DNA of 61,755 nt, filler included, from Globobulimina sp. (taxonomy: Eukaryota): the NCBI GenBank assembly GCA_003354225.1. It is 20 parts of 20 records of this genome, joined end to end, with 100 filler letters (N's around TTAATTAATTAA, not from the genome) between each part and the next. Parts side by side here need not be neighbours in the genome. Positions count along the whole stretch, not along the records: positions 9,288 to 12,282 come from PIVH01004092.1; positions 12,383 to 15,376 come from PIVH01004093.1; positions 15,477 to 18,470 come from PIVH01004094.1; positions 18,571 to 21,564 come from PIVH01004095.1; positions 21,665 to 24,657 come from PIVH01004096.1; 15 more parts are not named here. One strand, written 5' to 3'. Positions 9,962-22,135 of the stretch are shown piece after piece. A program made the position numbers and the translations under genes. A model generated the notes under the pieces. That model was not told the DNA's origin and did no database searches. It saw nothing but the letters and a program-made list of their open reading frames with translations. Position 1 is the first letter of the stretch. Every line of letters begins with the position of its first letter.

Positions 9962-10756
9962 TTTTGTTTTTATGCTAACAGCAAAACATAGATATTTATA
10001 ACATTGCGTGATGTGACAACATCTCATTTATGGGATTGACATTGGTATGAAGTTCATGTATATGTAATGGCCAATTCACACTTGTGAAGTTTTCCAAATG
10101 CTCAGAACTTCAAGTTTCTCTTTTTATTGACAGAGAATAAATAGCCAAATGCATCGGTCCTATTGTTACTGCGTAAGATATTTATTATATTTCATCCTCG
10201 CAATCTGTACATATTTTTTTACCATATGTGGTCGTTACGGAATGTTGGTAAATGACCTATTTTTTGGTAATCATGAATCTCAAAGTATGAAAGATATAAA
10301 ATTAAGTATATGTTTTTAAAATACTATCAATATCCGACGTATAAATGATAGGATCTTGCGACTGATATCGAGATTTAGACCAATGAGGTCGAGAGTATTT
10401 AAATCGTTGCGACGTTTCGGTCGAGACAATGACTTTTACGAACACGTTTGAGTTTTGTAAATTAAATTAGAAAAACATTAAGTTGCACACTAAAAAATAG
10501 ACAAACAAACACACAATTTAAAGTTAAAAAAATGTATAATATAAAAAAGTCCGAACCCAGGACAAAAAAGAAAAATAAAATATAGGGATCTTTCGACATA
10601 AAAAACAAAAATAAAACTACCTATAAACAAAAAATAGAATTCAAACAATTTTTATAAAAACGATAGTAAAGAAAACATAAAATTAAAAATAAAATTATAA
10701 TAATTAAAAACATTTTTACATGGCCACATCTGAATAATTTATTTGATAATAGTTTC

Positions 10757-12240
10757 TTATATTTTTCCTTCATTATTCTGTGGATTCATCAAATCATTTA
10801 TCTGCTGAAATAATTCAATCCTATCACCAAATATTTTTATTCCAAACGACAGCAAATCATTTTTGTCCAAATATTGCAAATCTTTTCCACACACATTCTG
10901 TTCCGATAACATTTGAAATAATATATTTTCATATTTCTTAAAATATCCATCATTGATTGTTATTATCCATTTCAAAATATGATGAGAACTCCATTCATTT
11001 ACATTTGATGGCAACGATTTTAATATAATATCATTTTCTATATTTTCTCCATTTTTTTGATTGGTTTTTCCAAAATCAGTTTTTGTTTCATTTGTTTTTA
11101 TATTAATATTGGTGTACAGATCTTCTGTGTCTTGTTTATTCATCCCAGGAATATCCCCATCGTACATGTACATATTGACATTGTTTTGAATCTTCGTCGC
11201 ATTCACTTTATTCATTTCCGTAGCAACATCAGATTGTGTGCGCACGCGTGCACTCCGTAAATGAGTCGTCTTTGATGTTAAATTAGTTTCTGTCTTTTTT
11301 CGGTGTTTTCTATAAAATAATATTCCAATACAACAAACACATAATACACCAATAACTGTTGCAACAAATATCCAAATATCCAATATTATTAACAATGACT
11401 GTGATGTTGGAATATCTGAAGGAGTTAATGACGGAGTGGCAGGGGCCAATGACGGCGATGTAGAAGGAGACACTGAAGGAGACACTGACGGAGTGGTAGG
11501 TGTGAATGACGGTGGATAAGTGAGTGATGCTCTTGGCTCAGTCGGTGAAACACTGGGATCGTTGGTAGGGGATTGAGTAATTTGAGTTGGTGAGGCTGTA
11601 TAATGTATGAATGACTATAGAATTATAACTATATATATATATTAAAGATACCTATGGGTGATTGCAATGTTATCATTGCATAATTACCAACCGGACAGCC
11701 TGTGTCACCATTACAATATACCAAGCAATTATTATTACAATGTAATATTGTGGTTGTTTGGCATGATTCTTGTGCGCCACACGTAACTACACATTCATCA
11801 CCTATTTGACAATAAATATTCAATCCAATTCCGGAATCCCAACCCAATAAATATACATTGACATCATTGCCATTACTTTCCACTGTACCATAAAAACATG
11901 CATTAGCACCAGAGCAATATATATTTGTAGACGCTGTAATTACACTCAACTCACATGCCTTATACCCCAAACAATACACATTATCTGCTCCATTAATATT
12001 TGTGTCATCACAGGAATCATAACCCTCACACAATGCTGCTCCTTTGGTAGTAATGTTTGCTGAATAACATGAACTGCGAGCACTACAGGCCAGAATGTCT
12101 GATGTTGCTGCAGCCGTAAACTGAATAGCGCCGTTATATCCGCATGACTCCAAACCACGGCAACACACAGGTCCTCCATTGGATATATTCATATTAACAC
12201 TTTCTTGTTGTCGATAATTATCATATATAAAAATATTGGA
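10757..12240 (-). CDS. Type I membrane protein with CxGxxSC repeats, Pro/Thr stalk, TM helix and cytoplasmic SAM domain; spliced, 5' partial
   Basis: ORF 11629-12192 (CRGLESC, CEGYDSC, CLGYKAC, CSGANAC) joins through an AT-rich intron near 11598-11651 to the PT-rich/TM/SAM ORF (WSSHHILKWI...GKDLQYLDKNDLLSFGIKIFGDR). Confidence 0.75.
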
Positions 12241-12717
12241 TGAATTATTGCAAAGCGAATCAATTTTATAATCAATATATTTNNNNNNNNNNNNNNNNNN
12301 NNNNNNNNNNNNNNNNNNNNNNNNNNTTAATTAATTAANNNNNNNNNNNNNNNNNNNNNNNNNNNNNNNNNNNNNNNNNNNNTTATTTTATTTTTTACCA
12401 GGTGTTTTTCAACACCACCAATTTTACTGAATTACTGATCTGTTGCAATCACTATGTACACAATATATTAATATTAAACTAGTTGTCCGAAGCGAATGAT
12501 GTAAAAAGCTCACAGTTTTTGTGATTCTTAACATTTATAAAGCAAGCATGGATGCCAGGCATAATCCATTCAAACCAGGCATAATCCATTGTGGTTCTTA
12601 ACCAAAAACCAGGCATAATCCATCCAAATAAAGTAAAGTTTTAAAAAAAATGTTAAGGTTTACAATGGCAAACGTGTTGCAACTCATAATATCATACATA
12701 AATCTTGCAATATATCT

Positions 12718-13563
12718 ATGTGTGCTGCTAAAATGAATGGATCATTCACGGACATTGATGGAGAATATTTATACAGAGAATTATCAACAGACAATATCAA
12801 TGAATATCAGAATGCTGTGCCAATTGACAAATTTAATTCAAATTTTGATTCCCAGCACATAACTTTTGAAGATGAAGAAATGTCAGAAACAGAAGAACGG
12901 AAAAACTCAGATGAATATCACCAAAAAGAAAGAAAAAGGTCATCGCTTTTCCCATCGCTCAGCAGATACAATTCTTTATTGTCAATATGTTCCTTAAGCA
13001 GTGAGACCGAGGAACTCTTCGATTTGGCCAAACAATATAACGTCAAAAGAGAAACGATAAAGAAATGCGCAACGCTCACAATCCAGCAATTTACTGATTT
13101 CAGAGCGGTTTTTGATTACATCGATACGGATAAATCCGGATCAATTTCTGTCGATGAATTTTGGCAAATATTCAATAGAATCGGCATTGACATTGAATTT
13201 GCAAAACAAGACATTCAAGGCTTTCTACAGAAAGTTGACATCAATGAGGATGGAGAAATCGATTTTGATGAATTTTTAATTATGATGTCAGGTTCTTTAT
13301 CATTGCAATTTGATAAAAATCTCATCAAGAAATCATTTCAGACGTTTTCTGAAGACTGGAATGATAATTTGGACGATGTTAATAAAGTGAAAAAAATCAT
13401 ACATCAATTGTATTGTGTGTTGCCTGCTGATATTAAACAATCTGAAAACAGTAAACAAACGGACAAGATCAGTGTGGAAGAAATCGACGACTTATTGGCA
13501 GCATTACCAATCTCAAACAATGGATATTTAAACATTCACCAGTTTGTTCATAGCATTATGTAA
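12718..13563 (+). CDS. EF-hand calmodulin/centrin-like calcium-binding protein with N-terminal extension
   Basis: EF loops DTDKSGSISVDE and DINEDGEIDFDE. Confidence 0.85.
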   Translation: MCAAKMNGSFTDIDGEYLYRELSTDNINEYQNAVPIDKFNSNFDSQHITFEDEEMSETEERKNSDEYHQKERKRSSLFPSLSRYNSLLSICSLSSETEELFDLAKQYNVKRETIKKCATLTIQQFTDFRAVFDYIDTDKSGSISVDEFWQIFNRIGIDIEFAKQDIQGFLQKVDINEDGEIDFDEFLIMMSGSLSLQFDKNLIKKSFQTFSEDWNDNLDDVNKVKKIIHQLYCVLPADIKQSENSKQTDKISVEEIDDLLAALPISNNGYLNIHQFVHSIM

Positions 13564-13638
13564 TTAATTGTGAGAGTGTGTCACTGTCGCTGTGCAAGGA
13601 TATTTACTCAAAACATGCAGTCAAAAATATTTTATCAA

Positions 13639-13944
13639 TCAGAAATCGGAAACTCTTCCTCCTTTTTCCCAATCTCCGTATCTCGTAGGTTCCGGTCCTT
13701 GTGGTCCGCCGATTTCTTTGACATCTTTTGGATCTTTCCGTTTTTCGAGATCCTTCGATTTATTCTCATTTTTTTTTGCAATGTTGTCATCACTTAGATT
13801 TTCATCTTTGTTGGCCTCTTTGTTTACGTCTTTGTTTGAGATGGTGCAAAATGAACATCTTTGGTGGATACCGCTGAGATATATGGTTCTGACTGATACA
13901 GTCTTGATAGCCTTTGTGATATAAATTTGTAATGAAGCTGACAT
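13639..13944 (-). CDS. SDHAF4: Succinate dehydrogenase assembly factor 4 (DUF1674)
   Basis: Signature EIGGPQGPEPTRYGDWEKGGRVSDF at the C-terminus; first ATG at 13944 with a targeting-peptide-like N-terminus. Confidence 0.92.
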   Translation of the reverse strand: MSASLQIYITKAIKTVSVRTIYLSGIHQRCSFCTISNKDVNKEANKDENLSDDNIAKKNENKSKDLEKRKDPKDVKEIGGPQGPEPTRYGDWEKGGRVSDF

Positions 13945-13985
13945 CTTTTGCTGTGATTTTTCAAAACGTACTGTAGAGTGCAAAC

Positions 13986-14470
13986 ATGTCTGCAGAAACA
14001 AACCAAGAATATAAAATTCAGCCAAATTGTAGACAAAAGTTAACAAAATCGAAGCGTTTGAGAAAATAATTAACTTTTGTTTGTTTGATAAGGTTTAAAC
14101 CAACGTTGGTCAAAGATGTGATGAGAAAGTATATGGAAGAAACATTGCGTGGTGAAAAATATGATGGTGATAAAGTATCGAAATGGACGAAAGAAATTTC
14201 ACATAATATCAAGACTTTTTTAAAAAGTTAAATTTGTTATTCCGACAGAAAAAAAGAATTTAATAATGTATACAACTGAACATGAAAGGTTGTAACTGGC
14301 CAAGATACAAATATATGGTCCAAGTAATAATAGGAGAGAATAAAGGCCAGGGCGTTAAAGTTGCATCAAAACAGTTTTGGGATGAAAACAATGACTCGAT
14401 GGCTGTTCAGAATTTTGTGAATCAGTCATTGTATTGCGTCTCAATTGCTTATGGCGTCTACCATTATTAG
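13986..14470 (+). CDS. Tctex-1 family dynein light chain (TCTEX1D2-like), 3 exons
   Basis: Introns 14039-14092 and 14227-14288 restore the frame: ...KFKPTLVKDVM...YDGDKVSKWTKEISHNIK...PRYKYMVQVIIGENKGQGVKVASKQFWD...YGVYHY. Confidence 0.88.
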
Positions 14471-14871
14471 CAAAATACAATCTGTTATTCCGTTATTTAA
14501 TTTGTTCTCACATCAGTTCAGAAGGACTACTCCTTTGTATTGAATTTGTTATAACTTTGTTTTGAGTTTGCATAAAAACTGAGCGAATTATATACAAATA
14601 TTTTGAATGAAATGTATACAAAAAATGCTACAATATTAGCTATTAAAAAAACCCTGGTTACCATTATCTCGGTATACATGGCCTGGAATCAAAAGCTTTC
14701 TTTTTAGTAACTAGTCGTCATATATGTCAAATGGTGCATGTTTGATCAAATGGTGCATGCCAATTTGATGAATGTATTATGCAGGAATCAGGATGCAGTT
14801 CGATGACAACGTAATTTCAACGTCACTTAATTTAATCAAATTTCATCGATCTTATCAAAGTTGTAACTCAA

Positions 14872-15376
14872 ATGAAACATAATAAAGATGTTTTATCAAA
14901 GATTATGCAATATCTACATTTCCACGAGATATTTGATGTAATCCTGGTATGCAAATCGTGGAAAGAAACATGTGATTTTGCATTTTTTAATCGCTTATGT
15001 ACATCACGGAATAAATCTATTCCAAAGGATTATGGTCAAGGTCAAAGTGTACCATTTAACATACATAAGGAGCGGTTTTGGAACATCCATATCATTGCAA
15101 GAGAACGCATTCAAACTATAGTTGCAAACAACTCACACACACAACAACACTTTGATTGTATACTAAATCTTTGTTACAACCACACTCAAATACAATTTCA
15201 TGTGGAAACATGGAGACTATTAACACAAATATTTGATGAATACACTCTAACAAACACAAGAAATTTCATTCCACCACAAATAAATAATGTGCATTTTCTG
15301 AAACAACTTGTACACGAAATAAATAAAACGGATTCGCATTATCTTCAAATTGCGGCAAAAACAATAGGTATTTTAT
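14872..15376 (+). CDS. F-box-like protein, 3' partial
   Basis: N-terminal DVLSKIMQYL...VILVCKSWK F-box pattern; runs into the spacer. Confidence 0.65.
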
Positions 15377-15564
15377 NNNNNNNNNNNNNNNNNNNNNNNN
15401 NNNNNNNNNNNNNNNNNNNNTTAATTAATTAANNNNNNNNNNNNNNNNNNNNNNNNNNNNNNNNNNNNNNNNNNNNCACTGTTTTTTTTTTGTTGCTTGA
15501 AATAATGTCATGTTTGCAATTGCACGCAGGGATACTCTCAAACTATATCCATTATGTCTGTATC

Positions 15565-16521
15565 ATGGATGCGGCGAATCTGAACGTAAAGAGAGGCTAT
15601 GATGAGATATTGCCGAAAATCAATGTAGAATTCGAAGAGTCGCAAGTTGAGCTAAAAACGCATGTAAATGATTCATTGAAGAGTTTGGATATAAATTTAC
15701 GAAAACATTACAATGGCGACAGCAAAATGCACCGATATAACCGAAATAAGCCACAGATCGCATGGGATAAAATAATTAATGTCAATAGGAAATCCAAGGC
15801 GAGAATACCTATAAAGGCATACAATTTCTATAAAAACCCGCTAATGGCCTCGCCGATGCATATTCACGACGTGATTGCGAAAGTTCGCGACTATGCCAAC
15901 GAAGAGTATGAGAAGAAAACCTATGATGAGTTTGAAATGGTGAAAGTGCAGAAAAAGAATTTTAAAGATCAGCAATTGAGAGAGCACGGAAAGTTTAATT
16001 TGTTGAAAAATTATGGGGTAAAATTTGATTCTGCAAACTTTATAAACCATGAAGTGATTCAGAATTTCTTTGGTAATCATTACTATCATTTGGGGGATAT
16101 TTTATTTGAGATTCCTGAGTTGTATGAAGCGTTTGAAGATTATTTAAAAACGAAACTATCCGCAGAGAATTTATATTTTTTACGACAAATTGACGATATT
16201 TATTTTAATTTGGATCATGTGACATTTAATCATAACATTGCGATACAACAAGCAAAGAATATTTTTGCTACATTTATTTCGGATGACAGTAAGCAACAAA
16301 TTAATTTGGCGGGCGTGGTTCGTAAAAAAATATCAAAGGATTTGAAGAAAATCTATAAATTTAAAGATCCATTGTCTATTTTTGATAAAGCGTATGATAG
16401 CATATCGCATTTAATTCATAAGGAATCTTTACCAAATTTCTACAAATCACAACATTTTAAGAATTGGTACGAAAAGCAACGACAAAAAAATGAAAAAGAA
16501 AGGAAAATGATGAAAAAATAA
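15565..16521 (+). CDS. RGS-domain protein
   Basis: FEDYLKTKLSAENLYF...AKNIFATFI...QINL...IFDKAY...ESLPNFYKS matches the RGS consensus. Confidence 0.88.
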   Translation: MDAANLNVKRGYDEILPKINVEFEESQVELKTHVNDSLKSLDINLRKHYNGDSKMHRYNRNKPQIAWDKIINVNRKSKARIPIKAYNFYKNPLMASPMHIHDVIAKVRDYANEEYEKKTYDEFEMVKVQKKNFKDQQLREHGKFNLLKNYGVKFDSANFINHEVIQNFFGNHYYHLGDILFEIPELYEAFEDYLKTKLSAENLYFLRQIDDIYFNLDHVTFNHNIAIQQAKNIFATFISDDSKQQINLAGVVRKKISKDLKKIYKFKDPLSIFDKAYDSISHLIHKESLPNFYKSQHFKNWYEKQRQKNEKERKMMKK

Positions 16522-16797
16522 TTGTTGAAAGCCGTTTGAAGACTCAATTGTAAATAGAATTGTTTTTTTGTGTGAAATTAATTAATCTCTATAGGCATTT
16601 TTGTTTTATCGTAAACAGATTTTTCCGATAAAGCAAAAATGCCTTATACAAGTTGTAATCTCTATGTCATCAAAAATCTGAAAATGACAGTTTGGTCATG
16701 GAGATTCTCAGTGGGTGAAACGATATATCCTTAACAGAAATTTCTAGGAACAATAAGACATCAGAAATAAATAATTGCTCCTGAAGCCAACAAATAT

Positions 16798-18452
16798 TCA
16801 ATGAATAATAATATCCGCACAAAGTGGTAAATGATCAGACGGATGGTCTGAATTTGGTAATAATGGAAACGATTCACACAAAACCTCCTCTTTTTTCAAC
16901 TCCATTTCAAGCCATTTATCATCCTTTTTATTTTCATCTTTCTCGTTTAATAAATGATAAGTTAATTCCTTTTGCCATGGCATTTCCAAAAACGATTTAA
17001 CTCCACATTTGTTTGAAATGAATATATAATCCAATGTTTCCGTAAATGATTGCACGCGATTCGTAAACTTTGGTTCTTTATATTTATTTCTTTTATTAAC
17101 CACTGAATAAACAGATTTCCATTTTATTTTAATATTCCAATCTGGCAAATCGCCCACATATTCAACCTCTTTCTTACTCATTTTGACACATCCGGTCCCC
17201 GACGAATTACTATGTTGTTTTTGATACCGTTTCTCTCTTTCATTGATCCTACAAAATGGATGATCGGTGTGTCCCTTTTCCAATATACCGTCAACCATTA
17301 ATGTATAAACACCACTCTTTGCGCCTCCATCGGGTAGAAATGGATCAAATTCATCCTTTTCAGATTTAAATGGCATCGAATTGGCGTCAACACCAAAGAT
17401 AATCGGAATTGTGTTCACATCAAAATCACTCTCCTTTTTTTCTTCACCACTCCATTCTTGCAATAACTTTTCGAATTCAATATTAAATATCAATGTTTGC
17501 GTAGCTTTTATCTCGGGATTTTTTGGATCCCTATTCAGTATTCATCAATGTTTATATATATATTAAGTTAATATTTGTACTGACATAGAAAGTAGAAACT
17601 TAACCAAAACAAATGTGATGAGCACACTATAAATTCTTTGTTTGTGGCCTTTGATTTGAAAAGAATGACAATCACAACATCACAGCAGGCACTTACAAGT
17701 GATCTGAACATAGATTTGTTGGAACCTAATAATTTGTCATAATTTGTGTCATATTGTAACAATTTTTTACTATTTTTAGGTGGCTTTTTTATGAATTTAT
17801 TTAATCTTAATACTTTATGCTTAATTACTGTAAATTTAGCATCTTTCCATATGATACAGTCCGATTGTGACAGTCCAGCAAATTTTGCATCAAATAGGTC
17901 TCGCGCTGCATGCATACCAATATAGCCAATGCTTTTTAAAGGTTGTTGCATTTTATTTTTCCACGCAGAGGGTGTGGTTTCTTGGATACATACAATATCT
18001 GGCTCATATGCCTGCAATTGGCATAATATGGATTGGTAGCGATAACTCCATGCTCTGCATAGTTTTGGACAATAATCGTGTCTGTCTGACAATGCATAGT
18101 GAATGCCGTCTGCTAAAATATTGTATGTCATTACACGGACAGACGTCACTTCATTTTCTTTATGCTCAGTTTTGTTTTCATCCATTGACATTGGTACGAA
18201 ACGGCGATCGTTTTTATAAAATTCAATTAATTTAATGTTGGATCTTATTTTGTGTGGACTTTTTTTCTTCTTTTTTTTCTTTTTTGATGTGGTTAGTTTT
18301 TCATTTGATACTTCTGTTGTGTTCCATTCAGTTGGTATTTCTGTTGTGTTCCATTCACTCACTACGTCTGTTGTCCTCCATTCACTTGACACTTCCGTTG
18401 TTTTCCATTGACTCGAGGTTGATGGAGAAGTATCCGTGAGTAAGGAACCCAT
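16798..18452 (-). CDS. CCR4/nocturnin/PDE12-like EEP nuclease, 2 exons
   Basis: Motifs MTYNILAD, DIVCIQE, SHLFW^DP, GVDANS, TLDYIF and PSDHLPL; intron 17531-17604; N-terminal EW(N/R)TTEV repeats. Confidence 0.9.
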
Positions 18453-18570
18453 GTTTGGGAAAGATAAAGTNNNNNNNNNNNNNNNNNNNNNNNNNNNNNN
18501 NNNNNNNNNNNNNNTTAATTAATTAANNNNNNNNNNNNNNNNNNNNNNNNNNNNNNNNNNNNNNNNNNNN

Positions 18571-19020
18571 GGTCCCCGTGCCTTTTTTTTTGACAAATCT
18601 GCCGTTTTTAACCGTTTTATACAGGATATAATTTTGTAGGTCAGCATTACCATCGGATCTGGCAAATGGCAACACATTCACAGGTGTTTTGGGCGAGATA
18701 TCTTTGGGTTCCATGGACGATAATGGCTTAATTACTGAATTTAATAATGGATTAACTTTGGCCTTCAAAGTTTGTGCATTCAGAGTCGAATCTGAATTTA
18801 CATTTATATTTTTCAGGCTGTTTGTTTCGTTTTTGTTTTCATTTTTGTTTTCGTTTTTTTTTGTGGGTTGATTTTTATTTTTGTTGATTAATTTTCTTGC
18901 TTGTGAAAATTTAATATGTTTTCCAACTTTTTTGCTGAATGCAATTAAATGATTCACCTCCTTTGGTTTACCATATTTTGCAACATAGTCATCGTATAAA
19001 GATTGGTGTTCGTCTGTCAT
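18571..19020 (-). CDS. Hypothetical protein, 3' partial
   Basis: ATG-initiated ORF running into the spacer; no domain recognised. Confidence 0.5.
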
Positions 19021-19176
19021 AATTTTTGTAAATTGAGACTACAAAACAGTGGCATTTAATTAACAAAAAGAAAAACTTTTGACACTAAAACTTAAGTTTA
19101 AACAATGTCGCAACTATTAAACAAGAGTGAATATAAAAAAAGACGCATTCATATATATATATTACTGCCAATTCTT

Positions 19177-21564
19177 TCATCGCCACACGAGGCATCCATT
19201 TATAATCTGGTTATTTACGCAGCCATGCTTTGATATGATAATCTTGTGCTCACTCTTTATTTTATCAATATTTGTTCCTTGATACACATTATTTATAACA
19301 TACACATCAATCCTAAAATTATAAAATGTAAAATCAGGTCTATAGATTTGAATATGCCGTGCCATTGCATCGCTATATCGTTCATCAATTATTATTTCTA
19401 TTTGTTCTATATGTGAGTGTGGATTTTGTTGTATAAATGATAATATCGAATGATATATGGATACGTTTGTAAGAAATGATAAATCTTTTTTCTGTGCATT
19501 ATAAAGTATCCGCTCTGTATTTGGAAATACTGTCAATAACTTATTCAAATGTATCCAACCATAATCATAACAGTACACCAAAAACAATAACCGAACATCA
19601 CATCTTCTGTTCCTAAATCTAATCGTAGTTACATTTAAACAGTGATTATGCAATAATTGACGAAAATATTCAGGACAACTTTGAAATTCATGACAATGTC
19701 TTCCTGTCGGATAATATCGATGTAATTCGTGTGATAATAATCTCCACACCATTTGTTCCTCAGAATCTGCTCTCCCTGACAATAAATTGCCATTTTCACT
19801 GTGGACCATTGTAGAATTTGGCATCATGTCATAATCATATATGTCAATCATGGAATATGTCATTTGTTTCAGACCTTTTACATATTTCACACAATTAATT
19901 CCTGATAGAGGAACCATTATTGTATTAAATTGTAACTGATACAAACCACCAATTGTGAATATCTCCTGTTCATTGACATAATCGCTGACCCATTGACAGT
20001 CAAAACATGCAATTCGATCATCATGATCCCAATATGACTGCTTCCATTTAACTCTCCAATATTCTGAATCCAATCCTATCTCCAGAACCATACCTGTATT
20101 GCCGCTAAAATTGTAAGCAACTTCAAAACTTTTGGTTGTGCTGGTTGGCCCTTTTATATATGGAGCAACTGTATGAAAAGTACGAGTTTGATCGATGCCA
20201 TGAAACAGACGAATGCGTACGCCAGCACAGTCATACATACTCATCCCAAAACATTCCACATTTTCCCTCAACAATTTACCCATAAAATAATATTCTGTAT
20301 GCCTTCGTTTCAAACTCTCAGCTGTTTCATTGGTGTGCAAACGGTATGTTTCAGTAAATTTTGATTGAAGTTCAGTATAATTGCAATATACCATCTGCGC
20401 AATCAAATGATCCAATGTCATTATGGAATGATATATTAATTCATAACACTGAGCTGTTGTCTGTCGAGGACAAAACATTTGCCGCGCAATTGCAGTTTGT
20501 CTTAATGTCACAGCTTTGTTACTTAAGTTATTCCATTGCGCCAGCGACAGGGTACAAATCTGATTCTGTATCAGTTCTTGCTTCAAATTTTGATACCTGC
20601 GACGAATGTACCAATCATTGAGAGAATAACCGCGATTTGCTGGTGGAGATCCTATATATGTTTGACTCCATAGGTGAGCATCATCCTTCGTTGCTATGTT
20701 GTTTCTGTAATAATCCCAATAAAAATATCTAAATCCCATACTATAACTAAGTTGTGTGACTTCTGTAAGTTCTGTTGACTTATTTGTAATAAATCTCCGC
20801 CTTCTGTTTGTATATGGACGTGTGTAACATGTCGCACTTTCGAACGGCTGCGTATTTACTTCTAAGTCATCAATCTCAGCAACTGCAGATAAAATATCAT
20901 CTTTGCTACTCTTATTGGAGCCAGATACATCATCAATGTTTGATGAGTTTTGTTAATAAATTTATGTGCTGTGTCAAATGAATGGAAATAAAAACAATGA
21001 ATTCTATCCAATAATTGCTGCCGAACAATATCTTGAGCATATTCGTTACCAAAATATAATTTTTTCAATTCATTATCATGTTTGGAATATTTATATTTAT
21101 CTCTGTCATTACGTTGCATTGATAAACAGTTTGCACCATGGTATAGCTTTTGTTTTTTTGTTTGATGATTACTTTTGTTATTTAATATATTATATATGTC
21201 ATCAAACTCATATTTATGAATTTTTAACAAATGGTTAAAATCATTCGATAATTTCACGGCATCCACATTTTCATCAAATACACCTTTGCCTTTATTTCGA
21301 TATAAGTGATATTTTTGTAAGGTATCACTTATACTCTTCAAAGGAATACATTTTGACAGCTTGCACATATTGTTGCTGAATGTCTGATTTTTAATTATAT
21401 TTTTCTGCATTGAGTTTTGACTGAGACTGATTCCATGTGATCTGAGATCAAAATAGCCGGTATCAGGTAATGCCTCCAACACAGTAATAAGTTTTGTCAG
21501 CATGTCCATATTCTGTGTATCTGTTTGATCATATTTGAATTTCTTTGGTGGTAGTTTGCCTGCC
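19177..21564 (-). CDS. Large protein with an ADP-ribosyltransferase-like core; one frameshift near 20945; 5' partial
   Basis: LFHGI...GPTSTTKSFEVAYNFS...GMVLEI...WVSDYVNEQE has ARTC-like motif order; the upstream ORF 20862-21509 overlaps an open frame leading into ORF 19177-20739. Confidence 0.6.
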
Positions 21565-21664
21565 NNNNNNNNNNNNNNNNNNNNNNNNNNNNNNNNNNNN
21601 NNNNNNNNTTAATTAATTAANNNNNNNNNNNNNNNNNNNNNNNNNNNNNNNNNNNNNNNNNNNN

Positions 21665-21915
21665 TTTTGCGCAACAAAGAGAAGGATAAACTGCTTTTTC
21701 ATATCAATGGATTTAGAAAGAAATGGAATGGGAATCAAAAAATTACACTAAAACTAGATTATCAACGTAAAACAATAATATTTTACAGAGATGGAGAATA
21801 TGTTGGAAAATCTAACATTAATTCTGATAAATCATACTATTTTGCTATGTTATTATGCGCTCAAACAACAAATAATTTTAGAATAATTCAAACTGATAGA
21901 GATCTATTTGAATAA
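21665..21915 (+). CDS. C-terminal fragment of a SPRY/B30.2-like domain protein
   Basis: W..NQKITLKLDY..KTIIFYRDGEYVG...YYFAM pattern. Confidence 0.55.
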
Positions 21916-22135
21916 ATGAAGTTAATTTCCATTTAAAAGCAAGCAATTGATAATTATCACTAAATCTAATTTAAATTTGTATGATTATGTACTTTCTTTG
22001 TAGACTATCCTTGCACTGCTTTGTAAAAGAGTTTATGAGTGGCATGTTTAAGAAAGGAATTGAAAGCTATCCAAAATGGGCAATGGACGCTTTTACTAGT
22101 GTTGGAATTAAGTGGTAAATGTTTTCCACTTTAAC

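Noticed and set aside
10400-10446. Second hammerhead on the minus strand (GTC-8nt-GAC-CGAAACGTC)
   Set aside because: The CUGANGA core and stem I are not recoverable; at best a decayed remnant.
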